From contig CAVWWD010000007.1 in the NCBI GenBank assembly GCA_963758635.1, positions 256,001 to 320,000 of the forward strand: a stretch of DNA of 64,000 bases, read 5' to 3'. This DNA is from an uncultured Candidatus Rokubacteria bacterium (GTDB lineage Bacteria > Methylomirabilota > Methylomirabilia > Rokubacteriales > CSP1-6). Position numbers and translations under genes: made by a program. The notes beneath the pieces were generated by a model. It worked only from the letters and a program-made list of their open reading frames with translations, made no database searches and had not been told where the DNA came from. Positions 42,202 through 51,887 of this stretch are shown piece by piece. Each line of letters begins with the position of its first letter. Position 1 is the first letter of the stretch.

Positions 42202-44047
42202 TCAGCCCAGGACGCGGTCGTACCGGCCGAAGTCGTGCGCGGCGTCCATGAACCACTGGACGATCTCCGGGCTCGACCGCGGCGGGATCTCGCACGACGT
42301 GGACAGGATGAAGCTCGAGTGGCGCGCCGCGGTGTCCACGCAGCGCCGCACCTCGGCCTCGATCTCCTCCTTCGTCGCCTTCTCGAACTTGGTGGCGTCC
42401 ACGTTGCCGATGGCCACCGCCCGGCCCTTGGCGACCTCCATGAAGCGCGCGAGCTGGTCGACGTGGAGCGTGGGGTCCGCCTGCTGGTCCAGGTCGAACG
42501 AGATGGTCGTGAAGCCGCACGCGAGCAGGTCGTCGTAGATCGGGTACGTCGTCCCGCAGATGTGGGTGGTGACGCCCACCTTCTTCGCCTTGAAGTGCTC
42601 GACCAGCTCCTTGTGGTACGGGGCGATGAACTCGCGGTAGTTGTCGGGCGAGATCAGGCTGATCGACGCCGTCGGCTCGGAGAAGCTGAGGCCGATCCGG
42701 GTCTTGACGATGGCGTCGCCCCACGCCTTGCAGAAGTCGGTGGTGAGGCGCATCAGGTCGTGGATGAACTGCGGGTCCTCGAAGGTGTCGAGGAGCATCA
42801 TCTCCGGGTTGCGCAGCAGCATGGCGATGGTCCACGGGCCCACCGCCACCGCGCCGATGGCCGCCGGCGGCGCGGCCTTGACGAGGGCCTCGCACTGCTC
42901 GAGGAAGCCGGGCAGGCGGGCCGTCTTGTAGGGATCGGGCATGACGAGCCGGGCGAGATGCGCCTTGTCCTCCAGCACGTGGCGCTCGATCGACGGCACG
43001 ACGTAGTCGGAGTACTTCACGCCGCAGCCGAACGCCTCCGCCTCCTTGGCGAGGTCGTTGTACGCGAGCACCACGTCGGGCTGGTAGCGCTCGTAGTAGT
43101 TCATCATCGCGGCGATGGCCCGGGTGGGCTTGGTGCAGTACTCCTCGATGCTCATGCCGTCCAGCGTGCCCGCGAACGACGCCACGATGGGATACACGGG
43201 GACGCGGTCGGAGAACGAGCGCTTGTAGGCGGCGACCACGCGATCGCGGTTGGTGAGCGCGACCTTGCCGCTGCTCGGCGTCCCACAGCCGGTTCACCTC
43301 CATGTAGCGGGGCGGGAGCTTGGCCTCGTACTCCATGAACTGCGTGATCGGGTAGCGGATCCCGCCCGCGTGGGTGCCGCGCAGGCCCTCGACGATCTCC
43401 TCGGCCCAGTCCCAGGGGAACGAGAAGGCCATCTCGTGGTCCTGCGTCTGGCCGAAGATCCGGTCGCCCGAGCAGGGGAGGATCACCTGCGGCATCCCCG
43501 TCTGCATCGTGGTGACGATGATGTCCGCGCAGACCGCGCGCCCCTCGAACGACGAGGCGAGCCGGCCGCCGCGCCGCCACAGCGCGGCCTGCGTGAGCCG
43601 CATGACCTGCGCGGGGCTCGCGTACACGCACACCACGTGCGGCTCGAACGTCGCGCGATCCAGCGGCGCGACCAGCAGCGTCTCGTACTCGCCGGGCGCG
43701 AACTTGTCGATGGCCGCCTCCGAGCGCTGCCCCGCCTCCTTGGTCTCGGTGTACATGCCCTCGCAGAGGGTGCCCACGTTATAGATGGGCAGGGGACGGT
43801 CGAACCCGATGGCGGTGATGCCGAGCGAACAGATGTGGTCCTCGCGGGTCAGCGCAATCGTCCAGCCGTAGCGGCGCGCCATGTCGATGACCTGGCACGA
43901 CATGCTGAGCTTGCCGAAGTCGCGCTTGGGCCGGCGCGCGCGGTCCGGGATGGGCTCGCCGGGCTTCAGCATGCGGATGGCCACGGGAAACGTCTGCGGC
44001 CGGAGGAATCCCTGCAGCTCCCGGTCCGCCGTCTTGGCGTCGATCAT
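42202..44047 (-). CDS. DUF169 domain fused to a URO-D/MtaA-CmuA methyltransferase-like domain; frameshift near 43275
   Basis: N-terminal PVAIR...CQVIDMAR...C...AVCAD...PCSGDR...E (DUF169-like); C-terminal DRVPVYP, GPWT, HICG, GNVD, ILSTSCEIP. Confidence 0.8.
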
Positions 44048-44112
44048 GAGCGGGTCTCCTTGCTGACGCGCGTGCCGGTCGCGCTCGAACGTCCGCGCTT
44101 CACTGCGTCCGA

Positions 44113-44141
44113 AGCCTACGGAGGGGCCCCGACTTTGTCAA
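44113..44141 (-). promoter_or_regulatory. sigma-70 promoter for the DUF169 fusion gene
   Basis: TTGACA-N17-TAGGCT. Confidence 0.6.
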
Positions 44142-44201
44142 GCGAGCGGGGGCGAATTCGGTAGAATGGGCGCGGGCATACGCATCAGTGCCCGCCGCCC
44201 G

Positions 44202-44492
44202 ATGGCCCGCTACCGCGTCCTGTCGTGGAAAGACGTTCCCTCCCTCGTCGAGGCCGTCGACGACGAGGGATCCGCGCAGGTCCCGCTGTCGCCGCGGTTC
44301 CAGGAGCTCATCGACGCGCTCGCGATGCGCGAGGGCGCGTCCGGCGAGGACGCGTACCTCGCGGGATGGGAGCGCGGCCCCGAGCAGGCGCGCGCCGGCC
44401 GCGCCGGAGCCGTGGCCGCGGAGGTGGCGGCGGAGCTGGAAGCCTCGTTCGAGGCGCTGGTCGCGGCTCGCCTGATGCCCCCGCGCGGCTGA
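44202..44492 (+). CDS. virulence-factor domain (PF13769-like) small protein
   Basis: WKDVPSLV...LSPRFQELIDALAMR...DAYLAGW pattern. Confidence 0.75.
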   Translation: MARYRVLSWKDVPSLVEAVDDEGSAQVPLSPRFQELIDALAMREGASGEDAYLAGWERGPEQARAGRAGAVAAEVAAELEASFEALVAARLMPPRG

Positions 44493-44507
44493 TCGCGCCG
44501 TCACGCC

Positions 44508-44536
44508 TTGTCGCGCTCCGACCCGTTGCCTATAAT
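44508..44536 (+). promoter_or_regulatory. sigma-70 promoter for acs
   Basis: TTGTCG-N17-TATAAT. Confidence 0.6.
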
Positions 44537-44585
44537 CCGGCCACGTTGGCACCGGCTCGAGCCCACTTCACCAGCGAGGTCCACC

Positions 44586-46535
44586 ATGGCCAAGACAGCG
44601 GCGGTCAGCACCCCGATCGAGGCGCTTCTGAAGGAACGGCGGAAGTTCACGCCGCCCAAGGACTTCGTCAAGAACGCCAACATCAACCGCCCGTCGATCT
44701 ACAAGGAAGCGGCGAGGAACCCCGCGAAGTTCTGGGAAGGCTGGGCCCGCCAGCTCCGGTGGTTCAAGCCGTGGAAGAAGACCGTCGAGTGGAAGGTGCC
44801 CTACGCGAAGTGGTTCATCGGGGGCAAGCTCAACGTGTCCGACAACTGCCTCGACCGGCACGTGACCACCGCGCGACGGACCAAGGCCGCGATCATCTGG
44901 GAAGGCGAGCCGGGCGACACGCGCACCCTCACGTACTGGGACCTGTACCGCGAGGTGAGCCGCTTCGCCGCCGCCCTGAAGCGGAGCGGAGTGAAGAAGG
45001 GCGACCGCGTCACCATCTACATGCCGATGGTCCCCGAGCTGCCCATCGCCATGCTGGCGTGCGCGCGCATCGGCGCGCCCCACAGCGTGGTGTTCGGCGG
45101 CTTCGCGCCCGAGGCCCTGCGCGACCGCATCCACGACGCCGAGTCCACCGTGGTGATCACCGCCGACGGAGGGTTCCGCCGCGGCGGCATCGTGCCGCTC
45201 AAGCTGAACGTCGACGCCGCCCTCAAGGAGTGTCCGGACGTCCGCACCGTGGTGGTCCTCAAGCGTACCGCCCACGAGGTGCCCATGCAGTCCGGGCGCG
45301 ACGTGTGGTGGGACGAGTTCGTCAAGGATGCTCCCGCCCAGTGCCCGCCGGAGAAGATGGACAGCGAGGACATGCTGTTCCTCCTCTACACCTCCGGGTC
45401 CACGGGCAAGCCGAAGGGCATCGTCCACACCACCGCCGGCTACCTCACCGGCGTGATGGCCACGCACCGGTGGGTCTTCGACATCAAGGACACGGACGTG
45501 TACTGGTGCACCGCGGACATCGGGTGGGTCACCGGCCACTCCTACATCGTGTACGGCCCGCTCGCCAACGGGGCCACGACGGTGATGTATGAGGGCACGC
45601 CCGACTTTCCCGACAAGGACCGGTTCTGGCGGATCATCGAGAAGCACGGCATCACGATCTGCTACACCGCGCCCACCGCGATCCGCACGTTCATGCGCTG
45701 GGGCGACGAGTACCCGAACCGCTGCGACCTCTCCAGCCTCCGGCTCCTCGGCAGTGTCGGCGAGCCGATCAATCCCGAGGCCTGGGTCTGGTACTGGAAG
45801 GTCATCGGCCGGGGCCGGTGCCCGGTGGTGGACACGTGGTGGCAGACCGAGACGGGCAACATCCTCATCACCCCGCTGCCCGGCCTCACCACGCTCAAGC
45901 CCGGCTCGGCGACGCGCCCGTTCCCCGGCGTGGAGGCGGAGATCGTCAACGACAAGGGCGAGCCGTCCACGGCGGGCTACCTCGTCCTCAAGAAGCCCTG
46001 GCCGGGCATGCTCCGCGGCATCTACCGGGACCCCCAGCGCTTCGAGGCGCAGTACTGGAGCCGTTTCCCCGGCATCTACTTCACCGGTGACGGGGCGAAG
46101 ATGGACGAGGACGGGTACTTCTGGCTGCTCGGCCGCGTGGACGACGTCATGAACGTCTCCGGCCACCGCGTCTCGACGATGGAGGTGGAGTCCGCGCTCG
46201 TCGACCACCCGCTGGTCGCCGAGGCCGCGGTGATCGGACGCCCGCACGAGATCAAGGGGCAGGCCATCGCCGCGTTCGTCACGATCAAGGACAGCGCCAA
46301 GGGCAGCCGCGAGCTGATGGACGAGCTCAAGGGCCATGTCGCGAAGAAGATCGGCGCGCTGGCGCGCCCCGACGACCTGATCTTCACGTCCGACCTCCCC
46401 AAGACACGGAGCGGCAAGATCATGCGCCGCCTCCTGCGGGACATCGCCGAGGGACGGGCGCTGGGCGACACCACCACGCTCGCCGATCCCGCCGTGGTGG
46501 CGGCCCTGAAGGACAAGTACGGCGAGGAAGAGTAG
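44586..46535 (+). CDS. acs: acetyl-CoA synthetase
   Basis: [41 protein letters not shown]. Confidence 0.97.
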   Translation: MAKTAAVSTPIEALLKERRKFTPPKDFVKNANINRPSIYKEAARNPAKFWEGWARQLRWFKPWKKTVEWKVPYAKWFIGGKLNVSDNCLDRHVTTARRTKAAIIWEGEPGDTRTLTYWDLYREVSRFAAALKRSGVKKGDRVTIYMPMVPELPIAMLACARIGAPHSVVFGGFAPEALRDRIHDAESTVVITADGGFRRGGIVPLKLNVDAALKECPDVRTVVVLKRTAHEVPMQSGRDVWWDEFVKDAPAQCPPEKMDSEDMLFLLYTSGSTGKPKGIVHTTAGYLTGVMATHRWVFDIKDTDVYWCTADIGWVTGHSYIVYGPLANGATTVMYEGTPDFPDKDRFWRIIEKHGITICYTAPTAIRTFMRWGDEYPNRCDLSSLRLLGSVGEPINPEAWVWYWKVIGRGRCPVVDTWWQTETGNILITPLPGLTTLKPGSATRPFPGVEAEIVNDKGEPSTAGYLVLKKPWPGMLRGIYRDPQRFEAQYWSRFPGIYFTGDGAKMDEDGYFWLLGRVDDVMNVSGHRVSTMEVESALVDHPLVAEAAVIGRPHEIKGQAIAAFVTIKDSAKGSRELMDELKGHVAKKIGALARPDDLIFTSDLPKTRSGKIMRRLLRDIAEGRALGDTTTLADPAVVAALKDKYGEEE

Positions 46536-46709
46536 GACTTCCTCCCGACGTGCTTAGCCCCGCCAGCCGAGCGCCAGGCCCCAGCCGGCCCGCCGGGCTG
46601 CGTCGGGCTCCCCCGGGTCGTGGCGTACCCGGTAGCCCCGGGGCCCTGATCGCTGTTCGGAAACTGCCCGGCCGCTGACCACCGAATGTGCGCTTCTTTC
46701 CCGGTCCAC

Positions 46710-46815
46710 TGTAGGAATTTCGCCCGAAGGAATCCCTACACGCCATCCGTCCATCTGAAATCTCAGTTATTTACCGCTCGACCTGACGACCGGTCACCAG
46801 GGCACGTCGCTTGCA
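46710..46815 (+). promoter_or_regulatory. sigma-54 promoter with upstream palindromic activator-like site
   Basis: GGCACGTCGCTTGCA at 46801; imperfect inverted repeat TGTAGGAATT...AATCCCTACA at 46710-46740. Confidence 0.7.
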
Positions 46816-46883
46816 GCACTGTCGGCCGCAAAGGGAACGACGATCCGGCCGGCAACGTGGATGTCGCCCAGGGAGGAGAGGCG

Positions 46884-47297
46884 ATGGACGAGATCAAGAA
46901 GCGACTGGAGAAGGAGCTGAGCCACACCGTGGAGCGCATCCGCCGCATGGGCGGGGGTGTGGTGTTCGAGGAGTTCCCAGGCTCGGTGGGCGAGAACACT
47001 CCCATGGCCGACGAGGTCGACGTCGTCCGTCTCAACGAGGATCGGGAGATGAGCTTCGCCACGAGGAGCCTCCTCGTGGAGCGCGCCAACAAGCTCGCCG
47101 AGGCGCTCGAGCGACTCCGCGATGGCGAGTACGGCGTCTGCCAGGAGTGCAGCGAGACCATCGCCCCGGCCCGGCTCCGGGCCATGCCGGAGGTGACCAC
47201 CTGCGTCCGGTGCCAGGATCGCCTGGAGCGGAGCGCCGGGCGCCTTCAGCCCGTCGGCGCCGGCCAGAACGGCGGCGAGGACAGCGAGGAAGAGTAG
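46884..47297 (+). CDS. TraR/DksA family C4 zinc-finger protein
   Basis: ALERLRDGEYGVCQEC...ARLRAMPEVTTCVRCQ; GGAGG SD. Confidence 0.9.
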   Translation: MDEIKKRLEKELSHTVERIRRMGGGVVFEEFPGSVGENTPMADEVDVVRLNEDREMSFATRSLLVERANKLAEALERLRDGEYGVCQECSETIAPARLRAMPEVTTCVRCQDRLERSAGRLQPVGAGQNGGEDSEEE

Positions 47298-47360
47298 CCG
47301 AAGCCGAAACCTCTCACCGGCCGAGGCACGAGAGGGACGTCCCGCAGGCCCTGCGCGATT

Positions 47361-48101
47361 CTACAGCCGGGCTCGCAGGAGGTCCGGTCGATCGGTGATG
47401 ATGCCCGTGACTTCCCACTCGACGAGCCGGTCCATCAGGGCCGGCTCGTTGACCGTCCACGCATAGCACGCCAGCCCCGATGTCCTGATCGCGCGCACCT
47501 CGGCCTCCGTCAGCCGCTCCGCCGCCGGACAGATGGCCTGCACCAGGCCCGGCGCCAGGGGCACGTCGTGGAACGGCGGCGCCTCGACGAGGGCCCCGAG
47601 CGCGATCTCCCGGTTGAACCCGCGGCAGCGCGCCAGCGCGGCGTGGTCGAAGGACTGGATCACCGCGAGGTCGACCACGTCGTAGATCTCCACCATCGAC
47701 ACCACGCGCTCCTCGATGCCCGGGTACACGTCGGAGCCGGCCTTGATCTCGATCCAGAACCGCGCGCGGTCCCGGAACCGCTCCAGCACTTCCTGGAGCG
47801 TCTGGATGCGCTGCCCGCGAAAGGGCGGCCCGTACCAGCCGCCCGCGTCGAGCCGCTTGAGCTCGCGCATCGTGCGGGCGCCCACGGGCCCGGCGCCGTC
47901 CGTGGTGCGCTCGAGCGCGTGGTCGTGGATCACCACGGGATGGCCGTCCGCGCTGAGGTGCACGTCGAGCTCGATGCCGTCAGCGCCTTGCGTCAGCGCC
48001 AGCTCGAAGGCGGCGATGGTGTTCTCCGGCGCCGCGGCCGACGCCCCGCGGTGAGCGACGACGAGGCACCTTGCCCGGCCGGGAGCGGCCTCGGTGGTCA
48101 C
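47361..48101 (-). CDS. glycerophosphodiester phosphodiesterase
   Basis: AHRGAS, PENT, IELDVHLSADG, HD, WTVN, IITDRP. Confidence 0.93.
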   Translation of the reverse strand: MTTEAAPGRARCLVVAHRGASAAAPENTIAAFELALTQGADGIELDVHLSADGHPVVIHDHALERTTDGAGPVGARTMRELKRLDAGGWYGPPFRGQRIQTLQEVLERFRDRARFWIEIKAGSDVYPGIEERVVSMVEIYDVVDLAVIQSFDHAALARCRGFNREIALGALVEAPPFHDVPLAPGLVQAICPAAERLTEAEVRAIRTSGLACYAWTVNEPALMDRLVEWEVTGIITDRPDLLRARL

Positions 48102-48127
48102 CGCGGTTCCGTGGCAGTATCGGGGAC

Positions 48128-48811
48128 GTGCGCACGCCGATCCTCGACCTGTTCCGGCCACCCTTGCGGCTCGGCGGGCGGCTCTACTGGGGTCTCCGCT
48201 TCACCGGCATCGAGCACATCCCCGCCGCGGGCCCGCTCATCATCGCGCCGAACCACGTGACCTACGCGGACCCGGTGCTGGTCTCGATCCCCGTCCGGCG
48301 GCCCGTGTACTACATGGCGTGGGACGTCCTGTTCCGGATCCCCGTCTTCTCCTGGGTGATCCGACGCCTCCGCGCGTTCCCCGTCGACATCGAGTCGGCC
48401 GATCCGCGAGCCACGCGCGAGGCGGTGCGCCTGCTCGACGCGGGCGAGGTGGTGATGATCTTCCCGGAGGGCAGTCGCAGCCCCGACGGACGCCTGCAGC
48501 GGTTCAAGCTGGGCGCGTTTCGCCTCGCGTGCTCGCGCGGCGTGCCCATCCTGCCCGTCACGATCGTGGGCGGCCACGAGGCCTGGCCGCCGGGACGCGT
48601 GCTCCCCCGGCCCGGACGGCTCACGATCGTCTATCTCCCGCCGATCGCGCCGCCGCCTCCGGACGTGGACGTGCGCGCACAGGCGAGGGTCCTCGCCGAT
48701 GCCGTCCGCGACGCGATCGCCTCGGCGCTCCCCGCGCCGCAGCGCTCCGCGTCCGAGGCGGAGGGCGCGCGGTCCGGCACGCCCGGGACGCACGGCGGCA
48801 CTCACTCGTGA
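48128..48811 (+). CDS. lysophospholipid acyltransferase (PlsC family)
   Basis: NHVTYAD (HX4D), FPEGSRS. Confidence 0.92.
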   Translation: MRTPILDLFRPPLRLGGRLYWGLRFTGIEHIPAAGPLIIAPNHVTYADPVLVSIPVRRPVYYMAWDVLFRIPVFSWVIRRLRAFPVDIESADPRATREAVRLLDAGEVVMIFPEGSRSPDGRLQRFKLGAFRLACSRGVPILPVTIVGGHEAWPPGRVLPRPGRLTIVYLPPIAPPPPDVDVRAQARVLADAVRDAIASALPAPQRSASEAEGARSGTPGTHGGTHS

Positions 48812-48890
48812 GCCCCGCGCATCAGACCAATGCTGAGCGGTGGGACTGTAGAGGCCCGTGGCGCTGACCGCATTCGGCGAGGGACACTAG
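48805..48890 (-). repeat. dispersed ~87 bp REP/MITE-like element, family 1 copy B
   Basis: reverse complement of 19661-19748; spans both stop codons of the convergent flanking genes. Confidence 0.85.
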
Positions 48891-49753
48891 AACGAGAGCT
48901 GCGGCGACGCGTCGGCCGGCGACATGAAGCCGACGGGCATGAGCGCGGTGGACGTCGCCCAGCCGACGCGGCCGCGCCAGTCCACCATGATGAGACCGCC
49001 GTCCCCGCGGCCCTCCTCCACCAGGATATCGACGGCGACCTGGCAGGCGTGACGGGGGTCGGACACCGCCTTCAGCACGTCGAGGGCCCGGCGCGCGAGC
49101 ACCACGCGGATGATCGCCTCGCCGTCGCCGGTGCACGAGACGCCGCCCAGCGTGCTCTCCGCGTACGTGCCACAGCCGATGAGGGCCGAGTCGCCCACGC
49201 GTCCGGGAAGCTTCCCCGCGGTGCCTCCGGTGGACGTCGCGGCGGCCATCGTGCCGTTCCGGTCCAGGGCCACCGCGCCGACCGTGCCGGCCTGGATCGC
49301 CTCGAGCCGCTTTCGCTGCCGGTCGGTGACGAGCTCGGCGGGATCGCAGGCCGGGATGCCGAGCGCGCGGGCCCGCTCCTCCGCGCCCGCGCCCACGAAC
49401 AGGCTGTGGCGGCCGGCGTCCAGGATGCGGCGGGCCAGCGAGATCGGGTGACGGATCGCGCGGACCGAGGCGACGGCGCCGTTCCGGAGCGCGTCGCCCT
49501 CCATGATCGAGGCGTCCATCTCGACCGTGCCGTCACGGGTGAGGACGGAGCCGCGCCCGGCGTTGAAGCGGGGATGGTCCTCCAGGCTCCGGACCGTCGC
49601 CTCCACCGCGTCGAGGGCGAGGCCTCCCGCGTCGAGGACCGCCCAGCCCGCGGCGACGGCCGCGCGGACGCCGTCGCGAAGCTCGGCGCGACCATCGACC
49701 GGATCGGCGCCGGCGCCGCCGTGCACGATCAGCGCGGGAACGCGGCTTGTCAT
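48887..49753 (-). CDS. isoaspartyl peptidase/L-asparaginase (Ntn hydrolase)
   Basis: IVHGGAG, FNAGRG, GTVGAVA, TSTGG, GRVGDS, TGDGE. Confidence 0.93.
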   Translation of the reverse strand: MTSRVPALIVHGGAGADPVDGRAELRDGVRAAVAAGWAVLDAGGLALDAVEATVRSLEDHPRFNAGRGSVLTRDGTVEMDASIMEGDALRNGAVASVRAIRHPISLARRILDAGRHSLFVGAGAEERARALGIPACDPAELVTDRQRKRLEAIQAGTVGAVALDRNGTMAAATSTGGTAGKLPGRVGDSALIGCGTYAESTLGGVSCTGDGEAIIRVVLARRALDVLKAVSDPRHACQVAVDILVEEGRGDGGLIMVDWRGRVGWATSTALMPVGFMSPADASPQLSF

Positions 49754-49782
49754 CGCTCCGAGGACCCCCGTATCATCGCGCC

Positions 49783-50496
49783 GTGATTGTGCTCGAACCC
49801 CGGCGTGAGGACAACGCTCCTCTGGCCGACCTCGCCCGCCGCATCGTCGAGTGTCGTCGCTGCCCGCGTCTCGTGCGTCACCGGGAGGCGGCGGCGGCGC
49901 GCCCGCCCCGGCGCTATGCCGGCCAGTCGTACTGGGCGCGGCCGTTGCCCGGCTTCGGCGATGCCGAGGCCCGCGTCCTCCTGGTCGGGCTCGCGCCCGC
50001 CGCGCACGGCGGCAACCGCACGGGCCGCATGTTCACGGGCGACCGGAGCGGCGACTGGCTGTTCGGCGCGCTCCACGCCGCGGGCTTCGCCAATCAGCCC
50101 TCCTCGCGCGCCCGCGACGACGGCCTGCGCCTGACCGGCGCCTGGATCACCGCGGCGCTCCGCTGCGCGCCGCCCGCCAACAAGCCGGCGCCGCGCGAGA
50201 TGGCGCGCTGCCAGCCGTTCCTCCTCGAGGAGCTCGACGCGCTCGCCCACGTGCGCGTGGTGGTGGCGCTCGGCAAGATCGGCTGGGACGCGTATCTCCG
50301 CGCCCGGCGCGCGCAGGGCCGCGGCGTGCCCCGGCCGCTGCCCCGGTTCGGCCACGGCGCGCGCGCGCCGCTGCCAGACGGTCCGATCCTCCTCGGCTCC
50401 TTCCATCCGAGCCAGCAGAACACGTTCACCGGGAAGCTCACCCGTCCCATGCTCCACGGCGTGCTGCGGCAGGCGCGCCGCCTCGCCGGGCTCTGA
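49783..50496 (+). CDS. uracil-DNA glycosylase family 5 (UdgB-like)
   Basis: CRRCPRL, GLAPAAHGGNRTGRMFTGD, CAPPANKP, HPSQQN. Confidence 0.92.
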   Translation: MIVLEPRREDNAPLADLARRIVECRRCPRLVRHREAAAARPPRRYAGQSYWARPLPGFGDAEARVLLVGLAPAAHGGNRTGRMFTGDRSGDWLFGALHAAGFANQPSSRARDDGLRLTGAWITAALRCAPPANKPAPREMARCQPFLLEELDALAHVRVVVALGKIGWDAYLRARRAQGRGVPRPLPRFGHGARAPLPDGPILLGSFHPSQQNTFTGKLTRPMLHGVLRQARRLAGL

Positions 50497-50558
50497 GCGA
50501 GAGCGGCGGGGCGCTCTCGCGCTTGCCGGCCCGGAGGGCGCGGCGCATAATCGCGCGC

Positions 50559-51887
50559 ATGCGGCTCGCGACGATCGCCGCGGCGCTCGCGCTCCTCGTC
50601 GGCGCCACGGGGGCATCGGCGAGCGGCGCCGTCGTCGAGGCCACGCTGGACAACGGCCTCCGCGTGCTCCTTCTCGAGGACCGCCGAAGTCCGATCGTCT
50701 CCGTGCAGGCCTGGTACCGGGTGGGCTCCCGCGACGAGCGCCCGGGCGCCACCGGCCTCGCGCACTTCCTCGAGCACCTGATGTTCAAGGGCACCCGGGC
50801 CCACGGCAAGGGCGAGTTCGCCCGGCTCGTCGAGCAGAGCGGCGGGCAGGACAACGCCTTCACGTCCCAGGACGTGACCGCGTACTACGTGGACATCGCC
50901 GCCGACCGCGTCGACCTCGTGCTGCGCCTCGAGGCCGACCGCATGCGGAACCTCCTCCTCGATCCGAAGGAGGTCGACGCCGAGCGCGCCGTCGTGATGG
51001 AGGAGCGGCGCACCCGGAGCGAGGACGACCCGGAGGGCGCGCTGTCCGAGGAGCTGTCGGCGATCGCGTTCAAGGCGCACCCGTACCGGTGGCCCACCAT
51101 CGGGTGGATGGAGGACATCCGCCGCGTCGGCCCCGCCGAGATCCGGGCCTTCTACGACACGTACTACGTCCCCAACAACGCGCTGCTCGTGGCCGTGGGC
51201 GACTTCGACGCGCCCGCGCTGCTCGAGCGGGTCCGGGCCCTCTTCGGGCCGATTCCGCGCGGCCCCGCGCCGCCCGCCGTCACCGCGGTCGAGCCGGCCC
51301 AGTCGAGCGAGCGCCGCGTGAGCCTGCGCCGGGCGAGCGCGCGGCTGCCGAGCGTGAGCATCGCGTATCACGTGCCGAACCACACGTCGGCCGACGCGCC
51401 CGCGCTCGAGCTGCTCTCCACCGTGCTGTCCGAGGGCCGGGCCTCGCGCCTGTACCGGACGCTCGTCTACGAGCAGCAGGTCGCCCTCGACGCCGGCGGC
51501 GACTACGCCTTCGGCTCGCGCGACCCGAACCTCTTCTGGTTCTACGCCACGCTCCAGCCCGGGCAGGCGCCCGAGCAGATCGAGCAGGCCCTGCTCAGGG
51601 AGATCGAGGCGCTCAAGACGGAGCCGGTGCCGGACGAGGAGCTGGCGCGCGCCAAGAACCAGATCGAGGCCGCGTTCGTCTGGGCCCAGGACTCGATCCA
51701 CTCGCGGGCGTCCAACCTCGCCCGCTTCGAGCTGATGGGCTCGTGGCGGCTCCTCGATCGGTTCGTGCCCGCCATCCGCGCGGTGACCGCGGCCGACCTG
51801 CAGCGCGTGGCCCGGACGTACTTCGCGCCCGATGCGAAGAGCGTGGGCGTCCTCCTGCCTGGCCCATCCGGGGGCGGCGACCGATGA
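50559..51887 (+). CDS. M16 zinc peptidase, catalytic subunit
   Basis: signal peptide, HFLEH (HXXEH), NAFT, VVMEERR. Confidence 0.93.
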   Translation: MRLATIAAALALLVGATGASASGAVVEATLDNGLRVLLLEDRRSPIVSVQAWYRVGSRDERPGATGLAHFLEHLMFKGTRAHGKGEFARLVEQSGGQDNAFTSQDVTAYYVDIAADRVDLVLRLEADRMRNLLLDPKEVDAERAVVMEERRTRSEDDPEGALSEELSAIAFKAHPYRWPTIGWMEDIRRVGPAEIRAFYDTYYVPNNALLVAVGDFDAPALLERVRALFGPIPRGPAPPAVTAVEPAQSSERRVSLRRASARLPSVSIAYHVPNHTSADAPALELLSTVLSEGRASRLYRTLVYEQQVALDAGGDYAFGSRDPNLFWFYATLQPGQAPEQIEQALLREIEALKTEPVPDEELARAKNQIEAAFVWAQDSIHSRASNLARFELMGSWRLLDRFVPAIRAVTAADLQRVARTYFAPDAKSVGVLLPGPSGGGDR

